This document shows, in pieces, positions 1-11,619 of a stretch of DNA of 64,000 bases. The DNA is from Aplysia californica. Lineage: Eukaryota. The notes beneath the pieces are model-generated. The model was not told where the DNA came from. It worked only from the letters and a program-made list of their open reading frames with translations, and did not search any database. The position numbers and the translations under genes were made by a program. The DNA lies in NCBI RefSeq assembly GCF_000002075.1, contig NW_004797319.1:1028714-1092713 (forward strand). Direction: 5' to 3'. Position 1 is the stretch's first letter. Each line of letters starts with the position of its first letter.

Positions 1-16
1 TATATTATTACACACA

Positions 17-887
17 CGGTCGAACCTGTGTAAGACGGAATCTCAAAGAAGCCAGAAAAAATTTCTGTCTTAGCCAGGGGAATTTAGGGAGAGATGGAGG
101 GGGATTTCAAAGGCCCAGCCGATGGGATCAAGGGTCGCTTGTCCAGTCGGTAAGCAGTGGTCAAACCTTCACCCCTCTCACTCAAGTGCTATCCTCTCTG
201 ATAATGCCTTGCGTCAGTCTTACTAAAGTAAATCCATCGCGACCAGTGCTTGCATTTCATAGGTCCACTGTTTGACCTGTTAAAAACAGAAACGTTTGAA
301 CATTTTCTTTGCTTCCACCCTTAGCCCCACCCATCTGTGTAACAAGCAGTCAACCAATGCCACCCCTTACTGCCATGTAACAACAATTCGAGGAAGTCTT
401 TTCTCGGCTGGACGTAGGATCAGGACAGCAAGCATTGGTCAAACAGATTTCATATCTCTGGCCTCTGGTTACCCATGAAAGCTTCCGTGCCGGAGCGCCA
501 CTCGAGCTTTTACAGGCACTGATAAGATTTCCCACCAACATCACCCTGCCCATCTGCTCCGCTTGAGGCTCACATAGATGTGGTAATATCTACCCCCATT
601 TTGCACCCATACTCCCCTTTCTCGCCTGGCAGCAGGGTGTAAAGTATAGAGCCGCCGGAACCAAATTGCGAGTTTTGTTTCATGTCAGGGCTGAGCAGGT
701 AAAGCATTTTCCGTCTTAGACAGGCAAAACCCTCGTAAGCGAGCGGATTTTCCTTTCCCTTTCCACGTTGGACAGGTTTGCGTTATGTACAGGAAATTAA
801 AGAGGAATTTTTCAAGGGGGGAGCGGGGAGATTCTGTTAAGACAGGTTTCCGTCTTACACAGGTTTCCATTAAGGCAGGTTTGACTG
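17..887. mobile_element. Tc1/mariner-pogo type non-autonomous element (MITE)
   Basis: Termini CGGTCGAACCTG and CAGGTTTGACTG-TA. Perfect 18-bp inverted repeat aacctgtgtaagacggaa at 23-40 and 848-865. Confidence 0.7.
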
Positions 888-903
888 TATATATACATGT
901 ATA

Positions 904-1790
904 CGAGGGGCTGAGATGAAAAACCCGCTATTTCCATTTTAGCACTTTTGAGAAAATCAGCTTTTTAAAAATCTGCTATATGTATGAACATGCCTAAAAA
1001 GGTTTATGTGTGGCTTTTATGAAGTAATTGTTGGGTTTTGCCGAAAACACTTTGTGCCTCTAATAGCCTGTCCCCGTAGAATTATGCAAATTTAGAAGGC
1101 CAAATTATGCACACAAAAAAGCAAAATTATGCCAAAATTATGCAAGTTGCCGTAACACCATTCGCGACATGTTTTGCACTTTTTCAACGCGAAGTTTCAT
1201 GATTTTCATGTTTTATGTACAGAAAAATTGAAAGCAGAACATATCAGTATCAGTAGTTTGGAAAAGAAAACAATACACATCAGGAAAAAAATAAAATGCA
1301 ACCAAAAATAATAATCTCTGTAACTTTCAGCTGTAGATCTAGATCTAGATCTAGATCTATAGAGGAAAGAAAAATGTAAAAAAGGACATCTGGACCTCGG
1401 ATGCTGGCACATTACTGTCATTACTAAAACCAGGGACACCTGTCAAACATGAAACATCAGCAGACATGAGAACAACAACTTTTGATAGATTGAAAAATTG
1501 AACATGCTCAAGGAACAAAATCACAACCCATAACCAAGATCGTCTAACAAGGGAAATAACCAACTTTTCACTTTAATGAGAGTTATTACGGTGATTACGT
1601 CCCTTTAGTCACATGGCGAGGTGTTAACTGTTTTGTGGGGAAAAAAAAGGGAAAAAACGCGGATAATCCAAAATTAGGCCGCGCTGCGGGCGCACAATCG
1701 CATAATCCTACGGGGACAGAATAGCCAGTGACAACGTGCATTTATAAGCAAAAAATCTCGATTTAGCGGGTTTTGCATCTCACCCCCTCA
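904..1790. mobile_element. mariner-like MITE
   Basis: TA-CGAGGGGCTGAGATGAAAAACCCGCTA ... TAGCGGGTTTTGCATCTCACCCCCTCA-TA: about 27-bp TIR with TA TSD. Confidence 0.8.
1068..1719. mobile_element. nested TIR element with 6-bp TSD
   Basis: TIR CTGTCCCCGTAG(A/G)ATTATGC (19/20 match), flanked by aatagc at 1062-1067 and 1720-1725. Confidence 0.8.
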
Positions 1791-1797
1791 TATATAT

Positions 1798-2236
1798 GTG
1801 AGGCAGCATGGTGAAATGAGGCGCTCGTCAAAATACAGAAATTGGAGAAACAGGCCTTTTTCCTCAAGTTTGGAAATTTTTATATAATTTTTATTTTTGG
1901 GCTCAACCTCTTTTATGTCCATATAAAAACATTTCCATGTGAATTTTACTGAAAAACATTGATTAATATTAAAGGCACAAAATATGCCATTTTTCCTGTT
2001 TTCAAGGCCTCTTTAGCTATTGGAGTTACCAAACGTTGGCAGCCATTTTCTTGCTAATTTCACCACTGAAACTAGGTGACCTCACTTCCTTCAATCGCAA
2101 ATATCTTGAGTGCTATTCAAGATAGATGGATATTTATTTCATTGGAAGCAAGGCAAATAAATCAGCTTTCGGATGATACTAATAACTTAACCTGCCCAAA
2201 AATTGACGAGTGCCTGATTCCACTGCGCCGTGACAC
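1798..2236 (+). mobile_element. Sola1-like MITE, copy A
   Basis: About 440-bp family with GTG...CAC ends and subterminal inverted repeat GTGRAATCAGGCRCTCGTCAA. AWWT TSD is seen in sister copies. Confidence 0.65.
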
Positions 2237-2245
2237 ACACACACA

Positions 2246-2300
<55 letters not shown>

Positions 2301-2321
2301 ATATATATCATATATATATAC
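2234..2321. repeat. (CA)n then (TA)n microsatellite
   Basis: Directly visible. Confidence 0.95.
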
Positions 2322-2713
2322 ACCCCACTATGTTCTATTTTCACTAAGCATAACATCCGAGTTTGAAAAACAAGGCTATGGCATCAGCACAGGAAATGAC
2401 AAGTACAAGTATAGACCTCTATTTTGGTTATAATTAAAATTTTGTGATGCAAAATTGTTCACACTTGTACAAATGAAATAAACAGAAGCATTATTAATTA
2501 ATCTATCAAATCTAAAGTGAAACTTACCCCATCACTGCACTACAGGTTATAGAACTCTGGACAGTTGTGTGCATTTCTTTCGTTTTGTGTTCAACTACAA
2601 AAAGTCAGAAGTAAAACAAGAAGGAAAATGTTTTTCTTTTGCTACATCTGCAGTGCAGCTCAAAGAAGCTAGGCCAGGTGCATATTTTATAGACAAATTG
2701 AAACATTTGATTC

Positions 2714-2809
2714 ATTTCACAGTTTTCATAAGATTACATGTACATAAAGTATGTCTGATCTATTTCACAGTTTTCATAAGATTACATGTACATAAAGTAT
2801 GTCTGATCT
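2714..2809 (+). repeat. 48-bp perfect tandem duplication
   Basis: atttcacagttttcataagattacatgtacataaagtatgtctgatct occurs twice. Confidence 0.95.
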
Positions 2810-2824
2810 ATTTATCCCTATCAG

Positions 2825-2916
2825 CTGATTGATGATATCTACCAAATGTTTCTGACCCGCTACAAACTGCACTGTTATGCATACCAGCACAAGGTGAACT
2901 GTGCAATCGATCTAAT
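2825..2916 (+). CDS. SAMHD1: SAMHD1-like dNTPase, coding exon A (first exon visible in window; gene starts upstream)
   Basis: tatcag|CTG...CTAAT|gtgagt. The 92 nt read LIDDIYQMFLTRYKLHCYAYQHKVNCAIDL(M), matching human SAMHD1 [31 protein letters not shown]. The phase-2 end fits the next exon. Confidence 0.92.
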
Positions 2917-4299
2917 GTGAGTCATTGTGTTGTGCTGATGTGGGTAGGGATTTATTTTTCAAAAAATTACACCATGTGTATGAAATTTTATGCCTATTGC
3001 TCTAGGGTTAGTTTTGGCATTTCTGAATGGGCCTAAAATGGGTTGGTGTTAAAATATACAAAAAAGTCTGACAGTAGTCGTTGTTTTCATAGAGGAGGGA
3101 AAGGGGTTGGGGGGTCTCATTATTGACATGTTCTCAGTTACAAGGGGACTGTTCCTTCGAATGTTCATGCAGACAAAGAAGAGAAAGGAAAAATAACACT
3201 ACTGCTTGTCACTGCAGAAATACATTGTTTCATTGGTATTTAATATATTGAGTATGTATAAGTGTGTATGATTTATATTCACAAGTTGTAGCTCCTTTAA
3301 TAGTGCAACACATCACTCCACTACAAATGATTTCATTGATAGGGCATCGCAGCATGAGGCCCCTGTTTTTTTTTAGTTAAGATATTTTACATGTTTAAGG
3401 AAGTGGCCACCCATTGAAAAATGTGTCTTCTGCACTGCTTGGCACTGTCTCTGAGCCTGGATTCACTAACCTTTTGACCAGGGGTCTCAAACTCAAATAA
3501 ATTAGAGGCCTCTGGAGGTTCTGTCTGGATGAACTTGAGCGGCATCGAGTATTCCACCAAAGAAAGGTTTCGAGTATAGAAAGAAAAAAGTACAACTGAT
3601 GTAATCTGCACAATCTTTTTGTGGGTGGTTGGAGGGCGCCACTGGTATGTCATACTTCTTTACTTTACCTCTGTTGTTTCTGTATGTATGTCTTACTTTT
3701 TCCCAGGAGTAAATGACCTTGATTATGTCAGTTTGCTTCTCTTTACACTGATAAACAAACAAAACAAACTCAAAATCTTTGTCAGAAACTGTTCAGAACT
3801 AGAACTGTTTTAGAACATTAGCCTCTTTTACCTACTGCCTGCTGCCAGAGACCCGGAAACGCTTCCTCTTGTATAGGTTAGCCACATTGCCTTTTACAAG
3901 GAAGCAAGTGAGACTCAGTATGGCTTGAAGATGCTCAGCAGTAAATTTGGATCTGTACTTTGACTTATTAAAGTTCATTGTGGGAAAGAGTTGTTCATAT
4001 AGATATGTGCCACCAAAAAGTCACTAGCTCCGAGAAGCTGGGGGACAATTCTCTAAAAAACTGACCAAGCTTATCTGCCTGTCTTTTCACCCTCCTAAAC
4101 TTAACCTGCAAGTTCAGAATTGCACTGCAGGTCAGTTAGATCCATTTGAAGATCACAGGGGTATCTTTCTCATCGAAAAAGGGGTGAGCTTTACTCAATG
4201 TAGCTGCATTGTGTTGGATCAAAGCGTAATGGAAGTTGTAAAATATCTTTAAAAAACTTTTGATGCTATGGACCTGACATTTGCCGTCCATTGAAATCA

Positions 4300-4645
4300 G
4301 CTTTGTTGTATCCTGGATTTCAGCCTTCAAGGCCACTCCTGGAGGGCACAGCAGTGGTCAGCTTCCAGTATGCTTTTTCAGCTCTTATTGACTTCTCTTG
4401 TTTAGTTCTGAATATGTTCAAACTTTTGTCCAACAAGCTTATCTTTCATATTTGGAAATAGCAAAAATTCACAGGGAGCTAAGTTAGGACTGTAGGCTAG
4501 ATGAGGCAAAAACTCAGATCTCTTTCTCTTGATTGGGCAGAGTTTGGTCTTTGCATTGTGGAGAGCCGTATTGTCATTATGGAGCCCTGTGTGAGAGGTT
4601 CCAATCTTTGGTCTCTGTTCAATAAAGACATTTTTTAACTGGGGC
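4300..4645 (-). pseudogene. mariner transposase C-terminal remnant interrupted by the RTE LINE
   Basis: Minus strand reads EQRPKIG...LHNDNTALH...HLAYSPNLAPCEFLLFPNMKDKLVGQKF, i.e. the LHHDNA and YSPDLAP motifs with 34-residue spacing. Confidence 0.75.
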
Positions 4646-4656
4646 TGTACCTTTTT

Positions 4657-6866
4657 AGAAACACAATAAAATCATCTAAATCAATGCCAGGAGCAGACTG
4701 TGATAGTGATCATGTACCAGTCGTGTGTAAAATCCGGATACGACTAAAGAAACTCAAAAAGTCAAAGTATGAACATAAATTTGACATAGGTCTTTTAAAG
4801 ACAAATCAAGAAATGAAAGAATGTTTCTCCATAGATGTAAGAAATAAATTTCAAGCTTTGGAAAACATTACTAAATCGGAAGAACTATGGAGGAAAATGA
4901 AAGACTCAATAATGGAAGCTGTGGAAGAAAATGTCCCCCCCCCCCCCCCCCCCCCCCCCTGAAAGCTAAAAAAGCAAATAAAAAATGGATGACCCAGGAC
5001 ATATTAAATGGAAGAGAGAAGAAAGGCAAAATCAAATGTAGAAAGGTACAACATCTTGAACAGGAAAATAAAGAAAAAATGCAACGAAGCAAAAGAAACA
5101 TGGATAAACGATCAGTGTCAACAAATAGAGAAGAACCAAAACAAAGACAGCAAATACATGCATTCAAAAATCAAAGAAGTAAGTGGGATAAAAGGATGCT
5201 CAAATACAGGATGCATAAGATCAAAGGGAGGGGATATTTTAATGGACAAAGGGGATGTCTTAAACAGATGGTCAGAATACATAGAAGAACTTTTCAAAGA
5301 TAATAGAGGAGAAAAACCGGTAATAAAAAAATGAAATAAATGGACCTCCAATACTGAAAGCAGAAGTACAAGCTGCCATTAGGAAAATGAAACAAGGAAA
5401 AGCCACAGGGCCAGATAATATTCCAGTTGAAGTGATTGTCGGGCTCGAAGAACTAGGCACTGAAATAACAACAAAGCTCCTAAATGCTATTTATGACAGC
5501 GGTGAGATCCCAGAAGATATGATGAAGTCAGTTTTTATAGCTTTACCTAAAACACCAGGTGCCACTGAGTGTGATATGCATAGAACAATTAGCCTTATGA
5601 GTCATTTTACAAAAATATTGTTGCGAGTAACAATGGGAAGATTGAGAAAAAGTGTAAGACCAGAGATATCTAAAACGCAATTCGGCTTTGTTCCTGACAA
5701 GGGCACCAGAAATGCTATATTCACTTTACAAATGTTAATGGAAAGATGTATTGAAGCACAGAAAGATCTGTATTTATGCTTCATAGATTATTCAAAGGCG
5801 TTCGATAAAGTTAGACATGATGAGCTATTTAAAATACTGGAAAAGCTAGACATAGATGGAAAAGATCTAAGAATTATCAGAAATTTGTACTGGGACCAAA
5901 ACGCTGCTGTACGAATTAATGGAGAATACAGTGAATATAAGCAGATTAGGCGAGGAGTGAGGCAAGGATGTGTTATGTCACCAGACTTCTTTAATATGTA
6001 CAGTGAAACAATCCTTAGAAACATAGAAGAATGTCCAGGCCTCAAAGTTAATGGAGAAAATATTAATAACATCAGGTATGCAGATGACACGGTTTTAATA
6101 GCAGGCTCCGAAAAGGACCTTCAAATGCTTCTAGATAATGTTGTAAAAGAAAGTGAACATAAAGGATTATTGTTGAATGTAAAGAAAACAGAATGCATGG
6201 TAATATCCAAAAAAGCAGCAAATCCTAGTTGTAATCTCATTAGCAAAGGTGAAAAGATCAAACAAGTCCAACAGTTTAAATATCTAGGATATATGATAAC
6301 ATCTGATGCCAAATCTTCCGCAGAAATAAAAAGGAGAACTGCAATGGCTAAGGCTAGTTTCAATAAAAATGAGCCCAATCCTGAAAAATAGAAACATATC
6401 AATGAACACCAAAATGAAAGTCCTGAAATGCTATGTTTGGTCAACCCTTCTATATGGCTGTGAATGCTGGACAATCAATAAAGACAGTGAAAATAAAATA
6501 GAGGCAACAGAAATGTGGTTTCTTAGGAGACTGCTATAAGTATCGTGGAAGGAAAAGAAATCAAATGAGGTAGTGCTTGATGAAGCCCACGTGGGACGCT
6601 CAATGTTAAAAACAATCAGGAAACGACAAATGCAGTTTTTGGGACACCTGAATAGACATAAGGGTCTTGAACATCTAGCTCTCACTGGCAAAATTGAGGG
6701 CAAGCGAGGCAGGGGTAGGCCCAGAACAACATACTTAGGGAACCTGAACAAATGGGTAACAGGGAAAAATCAGGGAAACATAGCTTTTCTGAGAGCATCC
6801 GAGCAAAGGAATGAATGGAAAATCATGATCGCCGATGTCTGTCGCAGATCTGGCACTGGATGATGA
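4657..6866 (+). mobile_element. RTE-clade LINE, 5'-truncated and frameshifted (endonuclease end plus RT)
   Basis: ORFs contain SDH, KATGPD, IDYSKAFD, GVRQG, YADD and GKRGRGRPR. (TGA)n tail. 11-bp TSD tgtaccttttt at 4646-4656 and 6867-6877. Confidence 0.95.
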
Positions 6867-7236
6867 TGTACCTTTTTGCGCATAGTAGAAATAAATCATA
6901 ATAGTACATCATGAATAAGCTGAATGTGTAAGGACTGCCTCTTCAAGTTACGAAAGTAATTTTAGAGAGTTGTCTACCACTTCACTAAAACTCTGGTAAC
7001 TTTACAGTCTGAGATGTAATAGATGGGCTGATCACTATTGGACCCAAAAGAGATGGGCTCATTTCTCGTGTAAGGAAGGCTACCTCACTGTGGCGTTCAG
7101 GTGACCTCAGATCTGTGCAATAGGTCAAGGGTTTTGTTTGAATGGGTGGGGATGGGGGAGTTTGCAACTTAACTTTTATCATTAAAATGTATAGAGATAA
7201 CTTGGAGACCATTCAAAACTGCATGTTTCTTCTCAG

Positions 7237-7290
7237 GATGACTGATGCCCTTGTGGCTGCCAATGAAGAGTGTCTGGTTCGTGGCAAGAG
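7237..7290 (+). CDS. SAMHD1: SAMHD1-like coding exon B
   Basis: ttctcag|G ATG ACT GAT GCC...AAG AG|gtgaga reads MTDALVAANEECLVRGK (human ITDAFLKADDYIEITGA). Phase 2-2. Confidence 0.85.
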
Positions 7291-8750
7291 GTGAGAAGAA
7301 TTTTTTTCCATCTGTTACTTAATCATTTGTTGTATTTGTGAAACAGCAGAGTACTTCATGCTTGCCTAGGCATGGCTATGTTTTGATTCCTGTTATATGT
7401 GAGGTCTCCTTTTGTCCTAAAAAAAGAGGCAGCTGTACTTTGTCGGTCTACTTTTTCTACAAATTCTCAAGAGGCTTTTGGGGATCTTCTGTGTAATGGC
7501 CCTCTTTGCTGTAATGGTCTTTTTTTTGTTACATCATGTAATGTTCTTAACCCTATTACTGGCAAGTGTCGATGAGATCAGCACTTTCGTTGCCACCAGA
7601 CTGCTACTGACGATTAAATTTTAATTGTCTGGGAATGCTTTGACCAAGTTATTGAGTCATAGAAAGCTCATCTCCTAAGGTCTGCCGCGACAATCTACAG
7701 AGTTCATTCAAAATGGCCGTGTTCTTAGAAAGAATGTACTGAATCGAATGACAGATCAAATCTTTTTTGTGTGTTTGTGGATGTTCAGCGGGATTTGATA
7801 TGATATGAATTTTCATGTCGTCAAAGAATGCCCTTAACAATTAGTTTTTTTCACTACTATAAAAAAAATTATATTTATCCACTTTTAATATTTGACCTGA
7901 AACTATATTCTGCCGCTAGACAGACTTTGTATTTCTCTCTTTTTTTCAACTTTATGTTACCTTGAAGTAGCTCAGTAGACAATAGCCCTCTATCTCTCCA
8001 TTTTGTTAAATGAAATATCAGCTTTCAGTGGTTATATGTCCGAACTGGAAAAGCTTTTCTTGGTAGCCTGATATATCTTTTGTGCCTTTTCCTGACTTTC
8101 CTCACATGTCTCTTTATGTTCAAAATTAAAGTTCTATTGAACTTGCGGACAAGCCAGAATTGTTCTATTTGATTGCATAAAATGTTTGTTTTGTAGTAAC
8201 TTCACAGGATGTCGAGTTGTGTACTCAATGCAGACAAAATTAACATTTATTCGCAAGACTTTTATACATATGTGCGCACTAATACTAAAACAATAATATT
8301 CTAACCTAGAATACTTTGCACACTGGTGGCGTGCAACTAAGTTGCTACAGTTTGCATGTCTTGTACGATACCTAAAAAAACAGTATACGCATTCCTTTCA
8401 AAGCTTATAATAGTAATTTTCCATTTTTCTTCGAATGATGGTGTTTCTTTTGATGGTTTCAAAGTCTGTCTCTGTGATTCCAGTACTTGTAACATTATTC
8501 GACAGTGTTGATTTGACTTGGGGATAGAGATTTTGAATATGGTGGGGAAGAATAACAAAGTAAATCAGTACGTTTTATCACATGCCAGTTTTTCATGTCA
8601 CACAGTCTGAAATGTGGTACACTTTTTTTTTAATGAAACAAACAGTATACCAAATTATGAAGAGATAAAGTTAATGTTATAAACATTTATTGTCATTGAA
8701 TCCAGTGTTCAGATGTGCTTTTTTTCGGTTGTTGTTGACCACTGTTACAG

Positions 8751-8943
8751 AATGTCTGATTGTGTTGATGATATGGCCTGTTACATGCACCTCAATGATG
8801 GGATTCTGCACAAAATCTTGGATTCGGACTCAGACTCTGATAAAATGAAAAGGTCACGTGAAATTTTGCAGCGAATCTGGGAACGTGACCTTTATATTTG
8901 TGTGGGAGAGAGCAAGTCAATAGTGCCAAAGGGTCGAAAATGG
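8751..8943 (+). CDS. SAMHD1: SAMHD1-like coding exon C
   Basis: ttacag|A ATG...TGG|gtaagt reads MSDCVDDMACYMHLNDGILHKIL...REILQRIWERDLYICVGE (human ISTAIDDMEAYTKLTDNIF...REILKQIEYRNLFKYVGE). The acceptor position is slightly uncertain. Confidence 0.9.
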
Positions 8944-9416
8944 GTAAGTTCTATTTACTTTTTCTTCTTGTGTGTTCCACAGCTAAATCTCAGTGCTGCC
9001 ATTTGAATTGAAAACCTAGTACCTAATCAAATCATGTTTTGATTGAAATTAGAAACCATCTATTTGAGCTATTACTTTTATTTTATTTGAATTATCAAAT
9101 GTCAATTATCTTCTTTTTTTTAATGTTTGTTAAAGATAGCGATATCTCTACCAATCATAGATACAAAGAAGTTAGAATGTTCGTGTAAATCAAATCTTAA
9201 GGAAAGTCTGTTTCACCAAGATTAGAATGTACAAGGTTTTTTTCATTCAATAACTGTATAGAAATCGAGTGTGTGCTCTCCAGGGGATATGTTACTGATT
9301 TGTATGCGTATGACCCAATTGTTTGCTCTTGTTGAAGGCCACATGTGACAGAAGGTCTTGAGAGGGAAAACGTACCGGTATTTAATAGTTATTTCTGGGA
9401 CATGCAATTTAGTTAA

Positions 9417-10525
9417 CTCACTTGAGCCTGAGCTATTCTTCCCCTAACAATCATTGAAGCCTAATAGTTTTGGGGTATATTGAATAGTTAACTACAAAAA
9501 GATTGTGGAATTTATCATAATTTTTTTTAATGCAACATAAGAAAGAAAGAAAGAACCTTACAAACAAAGGAAACTGCATCTAATGTGTCCCAAATAATAT
9601 ATTTTTAGAAATGGCAATGTCTGGTAGTTACACAATTTTTTGCTCCCAATTTGTTATAAAATCATTTTACGAAAAATAACTGTCCTGCATGGAATAAGCA
9701 ACACCTAGTATTCGTATTACTTCTTCTATGTGTTACGGAACTTTTTCTGAGTATCACAGAAACAACATACAAGCAGTTAATTCTTACTTTTGAATGTTGA
9801 GTTTGGTGCGGAAGCATGAAATGGTGTCCCAGTAGGAGTAGGCCTACATGATGCATTTCACAAATGATTTGACAGTATCCTGTTGCTATAGTTCTGTCTG
9901 AAGTCCATACTGAAATACTACTGTCCTTTTCTCACCTTGTGTATTGTTACACCGGCAACTAATAGCTTTAGTGCTACTGTGCCCTCAACTAGAACTACTA
10001 GATTTGTCTTGCACTTGGACTAGACTTGGATGAAGAAGAAAGCTATTCTGATTCCTACTTTTACTTTCATCCAACTCCGACTCTAACTGTTTCATTGTCT
10101 GAACTGTACAGCCCTCTCCGTAGATCTAGCAGCTTCTTGTATGTTTTGTGGGACATAGAGGGAGCCTTAGACTTCTAGTTCCCTATCAGACCTTTTAAAC
10201 ACCCTAACATGTTTCATTCGTGTCTTTGAGAGGCTATCACCACTCTTAAAAATGACCGTGACTTTGTTTCTGTTCACAGAGCCTCTTTCACAATGCGGGG
10301 GTGACTGAATTAGTCTCTTACGACTCAAAAAGTGCAGTGTGTAACTTCACAAAATTTTTAACAAAATAAACAAATGGGTCAACTGCTGGCTTGCCACTTC
10401 CCATAGCTTTTAACTGAAAAAATATTGGAGATAACAGTCGATAAAGCGCATCCAGTAAATCCACAGCTTTCGGCCACCAGGCCGGTATCGCGTCCTGTAA
10501 ATACACTGGTTTCAGCTCAAGTGAG
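9417..10525 (-). mobile_element. piggyBac-like internally deleted element
   Basis: TTAA-CTCACTTGAGC ... GCTCAAGTGAG-TTAA. Minus-strand remnants of a Ser/acidic N-terminus and a degenerate Cys-containing C-terminus (ORF 9662..9856). Confidence 0.75.
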
Positions 10526-11003
10526 TTAAAAGTCACTAAGATCTCTGTTTTTCTTGTAAAATCTTTTCAGAGACAGCTGATTTATGTTATCGTGTTTGGA
10601 AACAAGAAAAACCACTCAGCCTTTGCTTACCATGGCTTATGGGTTTGTTTTTGTTTTTTTAGTCACATTTATGCTCACTCTGTAACACCCTGATCTATCA
10701 CACGGTGCCTGTGGATTTGGCTTCTCTCTTTAAGATACAGACAGACTGAGCAAAGGCCTGTTCTCATGAACATCAGACTTGAAGATAATGAGCAGTTTGT
10801 ATAGATCTAGATGGTGGATTGTGTGTCTGTTGTATCTTACTTGTCAAGAAAAAATTACAAGCGTAGTCAATGTTCAGGGAAATGGGGAATGTACTCAAAA
10901 TTAAGAAGTCAGGATAAAGTGAACTTTCGTTTCAAACCCTACTTACGGTGTAATGTATTGCTTTTTTTATGGGTAAAAATAGATTCTGTGAATTTGTCCT
11001 CAG

Positions 11004-11090
11004 GATGTGACAGTGATTAAAGAACAACTGCAAAAGATTTTGAGTGAAGGGATGAGCGTATCTGTTCCTTTGGCTGACTTTTGTGTTCAG
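11004..11090 (+). CDS. SAMHD1: SAMHD1-like coding exon D
   Basis: cctcag|GAT...CAG|gtaggt, 87 nt, phase 0-0. Reads DVTVIKEQLQKILSEGMSVSVPLADFCVQ; the end DFCVQ matches human DFIVD. Confidence 0.82.
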
Positions 11091-11619
11091 GTAGGTATGG
11101 GGCTCAGATCTTGAATCATTTTAGGTAAGATAATTTTGTTCATTCCATTGGCTCTCGGTTGAATGTGTTTAGCATGGTGTCACTTTTTGCCTGATTCTGC
11201 GACTTTTAGTTGGCGTCACTCAGTTGCCCACCAGAGCTCCCGGGCTCAGGATCATTGGAGTTGATTAGCCCTGAAGTAACTTTGCCGGTGTCGGTTGAGA
11301 AGTTCTCATTTTTTTCAACTTTGGAGCGATATAAGTCCTTGCCCATCCCACACAGTACTGATGTACTAAAAGCTCAATGTTTTGAGATTTATTCTGCTTT
11401 GGAATGGTTAATTTCTGTGTCTAAGTTTTCATTCTAGACAAGTGTTTGTAGAGTACCCTGTTTATCCTATTTTTAGTAACATACTTATGAATAAATTATT
11501 GTTTATTCAGAAACAGCTTAATAGATCTCTCCAAAATCTGCGATAAACGGACAAAGGATATCATGTCTTTTGCCTTGAGAAATTTTTAATCTGCACAGGT
11601 AGTAATAATCAAGTTTTAA

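Noticed and set aside
3387-3762. Overlapping minus-strand ORFs as a possible nested gene
   Set aside because: No recognisable motif or consistent splice sites.
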